Position numbers and translations under genes: made by a program. A model generated the notes under the pieces. It saw only the letters and a list, made by a program, of their open reading frames with translations, was not told where the DNA came from and ran no database searches. From the NCBI RefSeq assembly GCF_006345805.1, contig NC_043005.1, forward strand, positions 24,304,001 to 24,368,000: DNA of 64,000 nucleotides, written 5' to 3'. Shown piece after piece: positions 1-12,361 of this stretch (within the stretch, counting starts at the first letter, position 1; every line of letters begins with the position of its first letter). The stretch comes from Octopus sinensis. Lineage: Eukaryota.

Positions 1-129
1 GATAGTAGGAAGAGAAGGGTTAAAGGAATAATAGGTAGGGAACAAATAGAGAGGGAGGGGTACGTTTATTAAAAGAATGTTGAAAGACTTAGGAAAGAAT
101 TTCGCTATTGAAGTGGAGTGCACGTTAAG

Positions 130-480
130 CTAATTGTTCAAAGTATAATGACTATCGAAATCCTTTATATGAGTAAAAAGTATGTTTCTGCCATTTGTAC
201 GATTTCTCTATGAGTGTGTTTACAAGGGGAACCTTACAGAAGAGAATATGGAAGAGTTCAGAGTTGCAAATGTTACAAAATCTTCTGCCCTTACCAAAAG
301 GAAAGGATACAGACAGTATGAACCAATCTAACTTAAAATCTATATTATGTCTTTAAGACGCCAAACTAATTTGCTTAGCCCTGTACTATGTCGTTATATA
401 TATAAATATATATATATATACGCTTTATGGCGTATCGTCAGATTAAAACCTGTTGACCTAAGACCTCTTCAAATTATGGT
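130..480 (-). mobile_element. Penelope-like element, degenerate GIY-YIG endonuclease C-terminal fragment
   Basis: Minus-strand translation (with frameshifts) gives STGLSKLVWRLKD..NIDFKLDWFILSVSFPFGKGRRFCNICNSE, closely matching STGLSTYIWELKSKNIDFKLDWEIL in the 37511 ORF. Confidence 0.7.
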
Positions 481-661
481 GGGGGAAAAGAAAATCCCCT
501 ATTGTCCACTCTTCATGGACGGCAAACTCAGACTAATTCCATAAAACGGCCTTCCCCGTTAAAATATACACTACTGTACATCTTAGAGTTTGCTTCTTCT
601 GATTTATGCTTTCTACAAACGATATCTCTCACTTACTCTCTCTCTCTTTCCATATATATAC

Positions 662-701
<40 letters not shown>

Positions 702-950
702 AGAGAGAGAGGGAGAGAGAGAAAGAAAGAGAAAAAAGAGGAAAGATTGACAGACTTGATGCATAAGTGACAAAAACTAAGCACATGAGAAGTAAGAGCT
801 AAATTAATGAGACTTCGTTGAACTCCATCAGGTTACTACATTGCTATACATGAAGCTATGAACAATTTGAATGTATATACATATTCGACTAAAACAGTCT
901 TTACGAATAATATGTTTAGAGTATAAGCAATCAAACATGAATTTCAAAAG

Positions 951-1215
951 TAGTTTAAAATTTAATTGTGTTCAACAGCTGTTTCATTACGATAAACATA
1001 ATTAAACATCATCAAATGTATAAATATGCAATTACGATATTTATTAGATTTTAATTAAATAAATGAATTAATTAAATGAAATAAACGTTGCCTGTAACGG
1101 TTTTCTTATTAACATAATTCCAATGACTTAGGTAAATACAGCTTTGAAGTATATTTAATTTAAATTAATTACATAACGAAGAAACAGCTGTTGAACACAA
1201 TTAGAATATGAACTA
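951..1215. repeat. Inverted repeat carrying decayed hammerhead 3' halves (GAAACAGCTGTT)
   Basis: 963-985 taattgtgttcaacagctgtttc is the exact reverse complement of 1181-1203; imperfect pairing extends outward. Confidence 0.7.
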
Positions 1216-1367
1216 TATGATAACTTTAAGCTTTCTGCTCTCACTACCTCCTTTTTTATTATATACTTAATTTTTTTCCATTTATTAACATGGATATATA
1301 TATATGTGTGTGTATGTATATGTGTGTGTGTGTTTGTGTTTGTGTCTGTCTGTGTATGTGTGTGTGT

Positions 1368-1408
<41 letters not shown>

Positions 1409-1562
1409 GTATTTAAAAGAACATTTTCGGAAAATAAATCAATATTAATTATAGAAATACACTATAAAACAAAGTAAGACGGACCTGATAGAAGAAAATG
1501 CTTATATAACGTCACTTCACCGTTTTCAGCTTTGGAAATACTCACACGTACCCAAGCGCGCA

Positions 1563-1605
<43 letters not shown>

Positions 1606-1711
1606 ACACACACACACACACATACACACAAGATCTGTACTCTTTATTTTACGCTTTGAGTTTGTCTTTTCTTTTACTTGCTTCAGTCATTAAATTTCGG
1701 TCATCCTGGGG

Positions 1712-2052
1712 CGTGTATGTATGCATGTATGTATGCATGTATGTATGTAAGTATGCATGTATGTATGTATGCATGCATGTAAATATGTATATACGTATAT
1801 ATATATGTATGTATGTATGAATGCATGTATGTATGTATGCATATATGAATGTATGCATGTATGTCTGTATGCATGCATGTAAATATGTGTGTATGTATAT
1901 ATGTATGTATGAATGCATGTACGTATGCATCTATGTATGTATGCATGCATGTAAGTATGTATATATGTATATACGTATGTATGTATGTATGTATGTATGT
2001 ATGTATGTATGTATGTATGCATGTATGTATGTATGTATGTATGCATGCATCT
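1712..2052. repeat. (TATG)n/(TGCA) compound microsatellite
   Basis: Direct reading; source of the HTYI/MYVC ORFs. Similar (TA)n, (CA)n, (TATG)n and (GATA)n tracts occur throughout the window. Confidence 0.95.
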
Positions 2053-2741
2053 ATGTTTACTGATGGAAGGGGATTCAAGGCTGGGGTAATGTCAAAGTGG
2101 ATCGCACCACATTTAATGCTTCGCCTAAACAGTATAACACAAATCATCAGATAAAGCACTCCATTCCGTTGGTGAAGTGTTCATCAATGTACAAAAATTC
2201 ACATACGCTTCCTAATCCGTAAATCCAAGATTATTTAAAATAGAGAGAATTTTCAGCGTATTGTAAAATCGTAATAAAAAGACAGACGCATCAATTATAA
2301 GGTCTCACTACAATGTTTCATTAGGAGATTTTTTGGTGTTATAGCATCGTAATTCAGTTATGTAATACATGCTACACTCGCAAAATTTATCCAATACGTC
2401 GTTATACAATGACGTCATATCTTTGGACAACAAACGCGAGTCAACATCTGATATGTTTTTGGACCGGCAAATTCAACAACATTTGAACATACAAAGCAAG
2501 AATACCAAAACGCTCAATACAGAAGTGGACGAGAGTATAAACGGTCAGTCCGAAATTGCAGGTAGTACAACATCGATATCCAGATTGGAATCATCAGTCT
2601 ACAACATCTGTCCAGAAATAGAAACCAGCGCCACGTACCCCTGATCACACACACCGGAGTGAATATAAAATCAGTGTCAATTCTTTGAGATAGGCATCAG
2701 CCTCAATATATATATATGTATATATATACATATATATATAT

Positions 2742-3053
2742 TCTCTTTACTCTTTGCTCTTTTAGTTTTTCAGTCATTTGACTATGGCCATGCTGGAGCA
2801 CCGCCTTTAGTCGAGCAAATCGACCCCAAGGCTTATTCCTTGTAAGCCGAGTACTTAGCCTATCGGTCGCTTTTGCCGAACCGCTGAGTTCGTATACATA
2901 TACATATATACGACGGGCTTCTTTCAGTTTCCGCCTGCCAAATCCACTCACGAGGCTTTGGTCGGCCCGAGGCTATAGCAGAAGACACTTGCCCAAGTTG
3001 CTACACAGTGAGACTGAACCTGGAACCATGTGGTTGATAAGTAAGCTACTTAC

Positions 3054-3058
<5 letters not shown>
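2742..3058 (-). mobile_element. tRNA-derived SINE family A (CORE-like), internally deleted
   Basis: Reverse complement matches copies at 46339-46757 and 36993-37384 (gggccgaccaaagcct.., ggcggtgctccagcatggcc, purine-rich tail). Confidence 0.85.
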
Positions 3059-3126
<68 letters not shown>

Positions 3127-3448
3127 CAGAGATCTGTTGTGTAAGGCCAGAACAGTAAGAGAAGCCGTTAAGTAAACTACAAAAGGAAAACAAAACAAAA
3201 TAAAGTTGTTGTTTTACCTTGTATTTCCGTATTTCGGGACTATAACCTCTTTTTCGGGACATTTGGAAAAGTGACGGATGGAAAAGTCGTTACACACAAC
3301 AAATCACTTTAATACCACACAATACTTTACCAAAACGACTCCATTTTACATATGTATGTATGTAAGCATGTGTATATATATACTGACGCCATGATAGATC
3401 GCTAGCCACTACACACACATATTTTTATCTCCTTGTTTTCTGTGTCCC

Positions 3449-3482
3449 TTTCTGTAGAAGAGCGTAGGCTCGAAACGTAAAA
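3449..3482 (+). ncRNA. Minimal hammerhead-like motif (A6U variant) in a ~195 bp element (3381-3576) flanked by TA-rich tracts
   Basis: CTGTAGA(3452-58)-A-GAGC gtag GCTC-GAAA-CG-TA; 4-bp stem II, palindromic ACGT stem III, weak stem I (ttt/aaa). Confidence 0.5.
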
Positions 3483-3597
3483 TACATTTTTTTTATTCCT
3501 GAGCGTTATACTAATACATCTGCTTGTTTTGTACACCACCTGTCTTCGTCTTTTGTCTTTTTCGTAAACTCTCCCGATATATATATATATTATATAT

Positions 3598-3895
3598 AGT
3601 GGTTGTCTACACACTTTATGCAGAGTTTGTCCACCTCATGTACCTACACTTCAGAACCAGCATGGCATCTGATGTGGCTTTTTAAACCAGACAATGTTTT
3701 GAAACGACACCCACATAGATTGCATATGTCATTTGGACCACCAAGAGCTGCAGATAAGTTCTGATCTTTGTGGATCTTAAAATGACTTTTGAGGGCCTAT
3801 GTTTGATATGCAAATCTTCTGGCATACATTGCGTTGAAACGAGTGCACAGATACATAGGCAGAATAACTGGTGAAGGTTCGCTTTCCATGGGTTC
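3598..3895 (-). mobile_element. LINE (RTE-like) 3' end, 5'-truncated
   Basis: Homologous to 55901-56310 and 55218-55305; all share the same terminus (gtagacaa) at or near (TA)n. Confidence 0.7.
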
Positions 3896-4084
3896 ACTAA
3901 TATAAGTAGGTATGTATGCATTATGTAGATAGCTAGATAGGTAGATGGACACATGCATGTATTTAATCCATGTGAAACAAATACGGATTACGTATAATGT
4001 TTATCTCGCGTTTGTGGAAATTTTTTATAAGATTCACCAAAATTCCGGTCGAGGTATTTTGCACAAATACACACACATACATAC

Positions 4085-4180
<96 letters not shown>

Positions 4181-4187
4181 ATGTATG

Positions 4188-4303
4188 TATAAAAGTAGTT
4201 TTAGAGACAGACCCACCCTCAACTTAATCAATACTGAAAGATCCTACTCCCGACCAGTGTTGATTGAGTTGAGGGTGGTTCTGTCTCTAAAATTACTTTT
4301 ATA
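4188..4303. repeat. Hairpin/MITE-like inverted repeat, 49-bp arms, 18-nt loop
   Basis: 4188-4236 pairs with 4255-4303 with few mismatches. Confidence 0.85.
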
Positions 4304-4593
4304 TATACTTTTATATATACGAATTAAACTTTGAATAGATGTTCATTTTAGTACATCTAATTTGAATGTCTTTTTCCTGTGCACTCGGAAGTAATATTTC
4401 CTAATAATTATAATAACAATATATATATGTATATATATTATGTATGTATACAATAATAATATAATATATATATATATGTATATTTATATATGTACGTATA
4501 TATACATGTCTGCATGTTTATATGTATACATATATGTATGCATGTATGTATAGATGTGAATATGTCTGCGTGTGCTTATGTATGTATATTGTA

Positions 4594-4653
<60 letters not shown>

Positions 4654-5289
4654 ATATATATATGTTATATATACGTATGTATATATGTATGCATATATAC
4701 ATGTATATACATATATGCATGTATGTATATATGTATACATACATGTACGCATGCATGTCTGTATGTGAGTATGTATGTCTGGGTGTCCTTATGTATGTAT
4801 ATATGCATGTATGTATGTATCATGTTTGTATGTATGTGAGTGTGTATGTATTTATAAGTACTGCATGCCCAATTGCACATTGAAGCGGAAATTCAACCGC
4901 TGCACCACAAACTCTTCGTTAATTATATGAAATGGTAAAACTCCCTCCAGCAAAAACTATCGAACTACCAATTAGTATTGCCACACTTTAAAAAAATCAA
5001 CATGGAAATAAACCCACGCTATAAAAGTTAGAATTTCAAACGATCGTAGAATAAACAGTACTGAAGTCGGTGATCGAATGTAACGTTTGTCATTAGAAAA
5101 AAAACCCCAGAAAACACTGGAGTATTAATTATGGGAGATCAATATGGCTCTTTACCTAAGGTTATACATCGGGTACATTTTTATCTAATTTCCCCTCTAT
5201 TTTGCATACTAATTTTCCTCTCCCTTCTCCTCGCGAAATGTGTGAGCTGTCCTTGAAATATTCCCCTACATCTGATTCTCCTGTAACGA

Positions 5290-5745
5290 ATAAAATGAAG
5301 GCCTACTTCTCCGCTTCGTCCTCCGCCTCGTGCTCCCCCTCGTCCTCCTCCTCGTCGTCATCCTCATTCTCGTAGTCCTCCTCGCCATGCTCCTCGTTCT
5401 CGCCCTCATACTTCTCCTCGCCCTCGTCCTCGCCCTCTTCTTCTTCTTCTTCTTCTTCTTCTTCTTCTTCTTCTTCTTCTTTTTCTTTTTCTTCTTCCGC
5501 TTCTTCTTTTTCTTCTTCTTCTTCTTCTTCTTTTTCTTTTTCTTCTTCTTCTTCTTCTTCTTCTTCTTCTCCTTCTTCTTCTTCTTTTTCTTCTTCTTCT
5601 TCTTCTTCTCTTCTTCTTCTTCTTCTTTTTCTTCTTCTTCTTCTTCTCCCCATCCCCTCCTCCATTGTTCCTCTTCCATATCTTTCTCTCCTCCTTATCA
5701 CCTCCCTCCTCCTCATCCCCTTCTTCCCCTTTTTCCTCCCCCATC
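5290..5745. repeat. (CTT)n/(CCT)n low-complexity tract
   Basis: Direct reading; produces spurious poly-E/K/R/F ORFs. Confidence 0.95.
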
Positions 5746-5769
5746 ATTTCTGATGTATCACACATCCAA

Positions 5770-6658
5770 ACAGGGAAATGCTTGAAGGGCGTATGAACTG
5801 ATATTGACTTCCTCACACGAGGAAGGCAATGTGGTTCTGTAGAAGTAAGATTCCTCAATGTGGCATTGCACAAAATATTCAATGGCCCAGTGCAAACACG
5901 AGGATCTAGTCCACTTCCCTACATACCTTAGTCGATGGGTGATGAAGATCAAAATTACAGATGTGACATCAATATTAGACATCTGTCAGACGGGTTTGTC
6001 AGAAGTGCGTGCAGAACGGTTTTCTGCACTCGTTCAGTGTCCAGGTACTGTTGACTTGTTCAGTTATATCGAGCAGTTGTTGTCGCATGTAGGACAGAAC
6101 CGTCTATTAGCCGACTCCACAGTGATAATTACCCTACCGGCTTTCTTTAATCAAGCAGATAAGACAGTTTTCCTTTGCCCAGCGACGGTGACGAAAGAGG
6201 CTATTGGACAAGGCAGAAATGTATGGGTAGAGAGACATTACTTTTGGTAGAGGCCTCATCGACTTCTCTCATTCCACTCGAAAAGAAAAGTGAGGGTGGA
6301 GAGGGAGACGCTGTACTCGGGTGGCAAGAATGGATGGAATCACTGCTCTAGGCGTAGACCTGTGAGTCGGAGAAAAGTAATAGGCGAGGGCCCTTGCCCT
6401 TGGTGATCAGTGAGATTTTGGTGGGTTCCCTCGGTTATCCCTAGAGTTCCTCCTATATCAGGCGGATCACATCCCTAAAATCCCCCTTTTTCCGTCTTTC
6501 CTTTTACTGTTTCATACTATACATATTTCCCTTTTTTTTTTTCTTTATTGTATACCGTGTATGCATTTTAAAAACCATTTCGTTATATGTAAACCCAAAA
6601 CTTTATGTGTCTTTGTATTGCCCCCTCATCCTTCGCCCCTGTGGCATAGAAAAGAAAT
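5770..6658 (+). mobile_element. L1/Tx1-clade LINE, degenerate ORF2 3' end and 3' UTR
   Basis: Frameshifted zf-RVT-like segment (C..C..E..SALVQCP) followed by KEAI..W..FHSKRKVRVERE; pyrimidine-rich 3' UTR ending gcccctgtggcatagaaaagaaa. Confidence 0.6.
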
Positions 6659-6771
6659 CATCATAATCATCATCATCATTGTTATTATTGTTATTATTAT
6701 CATCATCATCATCATCATCACCATCATCATCATCATCGTCATCATCGTCGTCATCATCATCATCATCGTAT

Positions 6772-6812
<41 letters not shown>

Positions 6813-6815
<3 letters not shown>

Positions 6816-7420
6816 TAGTTTTATTTTTATAGCGTGCTTTCACTTCACTACCGAGCACAGCTCTGTGTGCCTTGGGTATGTGCTGTGATTTGTTGTGATG
6901 CTCTGATGGTTATTGTATGGAAAGTGTTCTGCGTAGGATGTGTGCAGTGCCTAGTAGTGCAATTTTCTGTATGTTATATGTGTTTGTAAGTCCTGGTGTT
7001 TTTGTTATGTATTTGTCTGAATATTTTTTTATCATGCCTAATGCACCTACTATGATAGGAATTGTTTCTGTTTTCAGGTTCCACATTCTGGTTACCTCTA
7101 TTTCCAGGTCTTTGTATTTTGAGAGTTTCTCCATTTCTTTTAGAGACACGTTGTCATCTGCCGGTATTGATACATCAATTAGAAAGCATTTTTTTTCTTC
7201 ATGATCTCTGACAACTATATCTGGTCTGTTGGCTTTAATTTCTCTATCTGTGTGTATCGGCATATCCCAGATTATGGTTGCTTTCTCGTTTTCTGTGACC
7301 TTTTCTGGTGTGTGCCTATACCATCTTTTTTCTGTTGTTATTCCATAATGTTGGCATAGCTTCCAATGTATGTAGGTTCCAACTCTGTCATGTCTGTGAA
7401 TATATTCCTTCTTAGCCAAG
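6813..7420 (-). mobile_element. R4/Dong-clade LINE, 5'-truncated, intact restriction-like endonuclease ORF, inserted in (TAA)n
   Basis: ORF 6910-7419: RHDRV..IHW..C..WD..IHTDR..ANRPDIV..LIDVSIP..EKLSKYKDL..IPIIVGALG (PD..D RLE motifs of R4/Dong); short 3' UTR with AATAAA; (TAA)n on both sides. Confidence 0.9.
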
Positions 7421-8012
7421 TATTATTATTATTATTATTATTATTATAAACGAAATCATTGTTATTATTATCATTATTATAAAGCCTCTATTTCATAAAA
7501 TACTTTGAATTTAAAAGGACACTATTTATAGATTAAATAGCATAAGCGAACTGTCGAGAATTTCTCTTTCTGTGTAAGTTGACTTAAGACTAATCATAAT
7601 TCTTTTGTCAAATGAAATTCTTGGTGAGTAATGGTAATCACTGGTTTCTGAATTGTTTAATCCCTCCGCTACAGCGTTAACCTAATCAACCTTTTGACTT
7701 TCGTTGAATGAATGGAATCTCCAAATGTGCATTAGTATTCTCATTGAATACATCTTAGCGGACTAACATTGAAGTGTTGTTGTTTATGGTAGATGTGGTG
7801 GATATAGCGGCGGTGGGACTGGCGGAGGGACTGGTTGGGGGTTGAAAGCATCTTGTCTGATGAGCTTAATGTTGGAAAGAGTGATATTTGTAGAGGTCAC
7901 ATAGAATCAGCCAACACACAAAGTGCGATCACTTAAACTCACACAAAGTAGTTACATGCAGATATGCCCCGTAACACATACAGACACATACACAAACATA
8001 CACATATATATA

Positions 8013-8047
<35 letters not shown>

Positions 8048-8744
8048 CGTATAGGTTAATATTAATATTTATATTTATATATATATGTGTGCGTAATTGT
8101 GTGTACGTGTGTCTGCGATAGTATATGTGTTTGTGTGTGTGTGTGCGGGGGGGTGTATTACGGTGGCTCTGGCTGTACGTGTCATGTCCCTGGTTGTATG
8201 TGCTATGGGTATAAAAGAAACCGAGACCGCTCTATGCGTTGTGTCGAGTTGATACAATATATTTTAGATAAAATGTTTACAGGGTTTCTCTGATTTAAAG
8301 TCTCAGGTTAAATCGTAGAAATTGCTGATAGATATGGTTTGAAACTCGAATCAGAATCATCTGAAGAATGGAACTGAAAATGATCGAAAAAATAGTATTT
8401 TTTTTATGTTGGTCCGTCTTTTACTCTCCTTTGCTTACTGCCGCTCACAGTCTCCCTGTCTTTCTCTTCTCCACTTTCTTTTTTTTTTCGGCTAATCTGT
8501 CTCGCCTTTCTGACTATTTTGTCTTTCGCAGTGAAGTTGTTTCGAATCAGTGTTTCTTAAAACAAGTTGTTTTGAGTCCAAAACAAGGGGTTGTTTTGTT
8601 TCGAGTTGGAAACACGATATTTTTATGATATATTTTTGAATCGCAGTACTTGATTTTTTTTTTTTTTGATAAAGGGAAAATTACTATTTTATTATTACTA
8701 TTTTATTATTTTAACCAAAAGGCAGAAAACAAATAAATTATCTC

Positions 8745-9390
8745 TTTATAGACGAAGCTCAGTTTCAATGGGAGGAGATGAATCTCATACGAATGGAAAA
8801 ACAAACAACAAATGGGTTGTACCTTATAATGAAACTCTTTTATGAACATTCAAATGTTACGGTAACGTTGAAATCATTGCCTCATTGAGGTCAGTTGAGT
8901 ACATCGTCAAGTACAGGCTGAAGGAAATGACCAGGCTACTGTTCAAATGAACAATGATAACGAAATTAGTCAATATCTAATGGGTAGATGTATTGGACCA
9001 TCCGAAGCAGTAGCATCCATTTTAGGATTTTCAATTCATGAAAGGCCACCTGCAATAGTTAGACTACAAACTCATCTACCAGATGAACAGAGAATATGGC
9101 TAAAAAATAATGAGGATATGGCTATCAATGAACAACATATGAGAACCAAATTGACAGAATTTTTTCATTGTACATCTGTGATGACCTTGTAAAAACATTA
9201 CTTTATCCTGAAGTAGCCATGTATTTCACTTAGAACAGTAGTAACAAAGAATGGCAAAGAAGAAACCGAGGAAGAAATAGTTGAAGACCATCTGAACGGT
9301 TTCAAAGAAGAAACAATTTGTCGTGTTTATATTGTTACATTAAAGGCAGGAGAACTGTATTATTTAATAATTTTGTTGCATAAAGTTTGA
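8745..9390 (+). mobile_element. Helitron RepHel fragment (Rep domain C-terminal part), pseudogenised
   Basis: NKWVVPYN..LL..F....NVE....SVEYIVKY..; EISQYLMGRCIGPSEA..ILGFSIHERPPAIVRLQTHLP; TKLTEFF; ICRVYIV...AGELYYL..LL; stops and frameshifts. Confidence 0.9.
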
Positions 9391-9494
9391 AATAGTAATT
9401 TTCCCTTTCCCGCTGAGCGCCGACGCTTTCAACTTGGAGTGGTTGTGACACAACGGTCACAGTGGGTACATCTAGTGTATTTATTTTGTCTGTT

Positions 9495-9725
9495 ATCGTT
9501 TATCATTAGACTGCAGCCTTGCTAGGGCGTCGCCTTGAATTTTAGCTGAACGAATAGACCAGAGAACTTTTTTAATGAAGCTCTATTACCGAACCTCTAA
9601 ACTACAGGAACGTAAACACACCGACACCTGTTGTCAATCGGTGTGGAGAACAAATATAAGTATAAGACATACAAAAATACATATATACAACTGGCTTATT
9701 TCATTTTCAGTCTAGCGAATTCACT
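9495..9725 (-). mobile_element. Degenerate SINE family A
   Basis: Diverged match to the family A 3' half. Confidence 0.6.
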
Positions 9726-9894
9726 GCGTGTTCCTCAAATCATACTGCTGTCTTTAAAAAAGGAATAATGATTAATGTGGCCAAGGTTACCCCCACACAG
9801 GCAAAAAAGATGAGACTGACAGGGTTGGAATATGATATATTTATTTAATTGACGCCAACAGAGGGTAAAACAACTACAAAATTCTCCTTGGTAT

Positions 9895-10281
9895 TCATTT
9901 ATCTGTTTCAGTCATTTGACTGCGGCCATGCTGGAGCACTGCTTTTAGTCGAACATATCGACCCCAGGATTATTCATTGTAAGCCTAGTACTTATTCTGT
10001 TGGTCTCTTTTCCCAAAACGCTTAGTTACGGGGACGTGACCACACCAACATCGGTTGTCAATCGATGGCGAGGAAACAAACACAGACACACAGACACAGA
10101 CACACACACACACACATACACACACATATATATATATAAACGATGGGCTTCTTTCAGTTTCCGTCTACCAAATCTACCTCACAAGGCTTTGGTCGGCCCG
10201 AGGCTACAGTAGAAAACACTTGCTAAGGTTCCACGCAGTGGGACTGAACCCGGAACTATGTGGTTGGTAAACAAGCTACTT
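9895..10281 (-). mobile_element. SINE family A (head truncated)
   Basis: Near full-length match to 46339-46757 in reverse. Confidence 0.85.
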
Positions 10282-10284
10282 AAT

Positions 10285-11700
10285 TTTTAAAGTTTTGCCA
10301 TAAGGCCATGATACAGAGTAGCTTGCGGGCTGGACAAAGTCATTGATGAGGTGACTGATGATAAGGATTATATTAATGGGGGAAGACAAAAAAACGACCG
10401 CCGATCCTTTGCTTCTCTAAAATATTATTCTCTTCTTTTATTCACAGAAAAAGACAAGAGGAGGTAATGAACCTCTAACTTCAGTTTCACAATTTTTGGA
10501 CTAATTTAAGAATTGGGACGTTAAGCTTCTTAAACACAATAACATGCAATAAACATAATAAACATTATAACACTGAGGCTTTTCAACCTCTTGTCTATAT
10601 TCCTCCCTGACATCGCTTGTGCCCGTATACTCCACCATCGCCCACGCCTCGACTACCGGCAATGTCCTGTTTCTCTTCCTCTTCCTCTTTTTTCCCTCTC
10701 AACTGAGTGAGGGTGCATCTCCTCCGTGACTGGGAGATTCACCTCCCCTCACTCATCCCTAGGATCCTTCGGTGAGCACCCATTGTTGCTCACCTTCTTC
10801 CTCTTGCGGCTCTTCTTTGAGAAGTCCTCCGTTTTCTCAGCCACCTTCATTTCTTCTTCTACAGAGGTATCAATTGACTGCCCAATGACTTTGCTTTGTT
10901 CCTGGGGACAGTTTTTCTTTATATGGCCAGGCTCCAGGCACAAATGACACCTGGTGGGGGGCGACCCTCAAGAATCACCGAGTACCTGCATCCGGCCATT
11001 TTCAAAAAATCTGCCATAACCAGATTCATGGCTGATTGGGTCCACAGAGTCAAAATAGCTTTTGACTCAACCCAATCAGCCGCAGGAAGAATTTTCACAT
11101 TGAGGAGCCTGGCTCTGCTGCTATCCAGACCCCGACGGATAGTATCCTCTATTCACTAGGGTGCAATACCGGCTGGCAAATCACAGACCCAGGCCCTCGT
11201 CAGTTTTTTCCCACAATAAGTGGGAAGAAATAAAATTTCATTACCCTCAACGAGCTGGCTCGCAAAACTGCGAGGCTCATCTGGGGTGTTAAACAGCAAC
11301 CACACCGTTGCATGTTTGACTCCCCTTGAGATATACTTAATGGTTGGCAGATGTTCCGCCAACTCCTGCTCAATCATCTGCTTGGAGAAGACGGTAATGG
11401 TGTCGAGAACCTTCGAATACGTTCTCAACACCACTCTACAATCTTATCCGTATTTTTTGCTATGTTTTAAATTAAAAAGTAAGAAAGTCCAAAGCAATAG
11501 TTCACAAATTTCAAAAAGGGTAAGAGAGGAATCAAAAGTAAACAAAATGGAAGAAGAAAAAAAGCAAACAGTTCAATTAAAAAGAAAGTCACAATAGAAG
11601 AAGAAAACAACAGCAAAAAGATCTTCTGGGCACTCAGGTACTCCAAGCCCTATGGTATTCCGATTAGAACCTGGACTGCTCCACTTGAACTACAGCTTTC
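10285..11700 (-). mobile_element. L1/Tx1-type ORF1 (gag-like, CCHC zinc knuckle) relic, possibly an ORF1-only element
   Basis: Minus-strand ORFs 11156-11434 and 10749-10943 with C..CLEPGHIKKNC knuckle followed by basic tail; no ORF2 similarity seen downstream. Confidence 0.65.
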
Positions 11701-11991
11701 CAACGTAGTTGTTAAAATACACACTATTTACAAACAGCGAACGACTTTTGGTGGGAGGACTCGTCACCAAACTATACTTCTCGCAATGAAAAAAAATTTT
11801 CACTTCATGTGAACACTTGAAATACAGGTTTCCAATAATGTTAAATGTTGTAAAAACATACAGTGTTAAAAAGTGAACAACTTTTGGTTGAAGGATACGG
11901 CCACCAAACTGTACTTCTCACAACGAAAAAAACTTTCACTTATATGAACCATATTGCTGAACCGCAAGCAGAACAAGTGTACGTACGTCGC

Positions 11992-12040
<49 letters not shown>

Positions 12041-12192
12041 GCAAAGTTAAGGACGGCCATAATAGGCCGTTCAACCCGCTAGAAATAGCAGCTAAGGCTT
12101 CAACCGCAAAAAAGTATTAATTCCGTAAATAAGGAGAAAATTAAAAAACATTTACCCTGTTATACTTTATACAATGCATCGTTATATATTGA

Positions 12193-12214
<22 letters not shown>

Positions 12215-12223
<9 letters not shown>

Positions 12224-12322
12224 AATACAAACTGGGACAAGAACGCAAAACATCCGGACAACTAGATGATACAAAAAGGGACAACAACACATCCAGATAG
12301 ACGATACAAAAAAAAGGACGGG

Positions 12323-12325
<3 letters not shown>
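12215..12325. repeat. Short interspersed fragment with internal direct repeat, inserted in (TA)n
   Basis: catcc..ga..gatacaaaaaa.gg motif repeated twice; (TA)n on both sides. Confidence 0.4.

Positions 12326-12361
<36 letters not shown>

Noticed and set aside
2100-2155. Minus-strand CTGATGA..GAAG hammerhead
   Set aside because: GAAG instead of GAAA, no NUH triplet, and poor stems I and II.
5266-5882. Long acidic, basic and hydrophobic ORFs
   Set aside because: Translations of a (CTT)n/(CCT)n microsatellite. The same applies to 44456-45356 and all IYIY/HTHT/MYVC ORFs.
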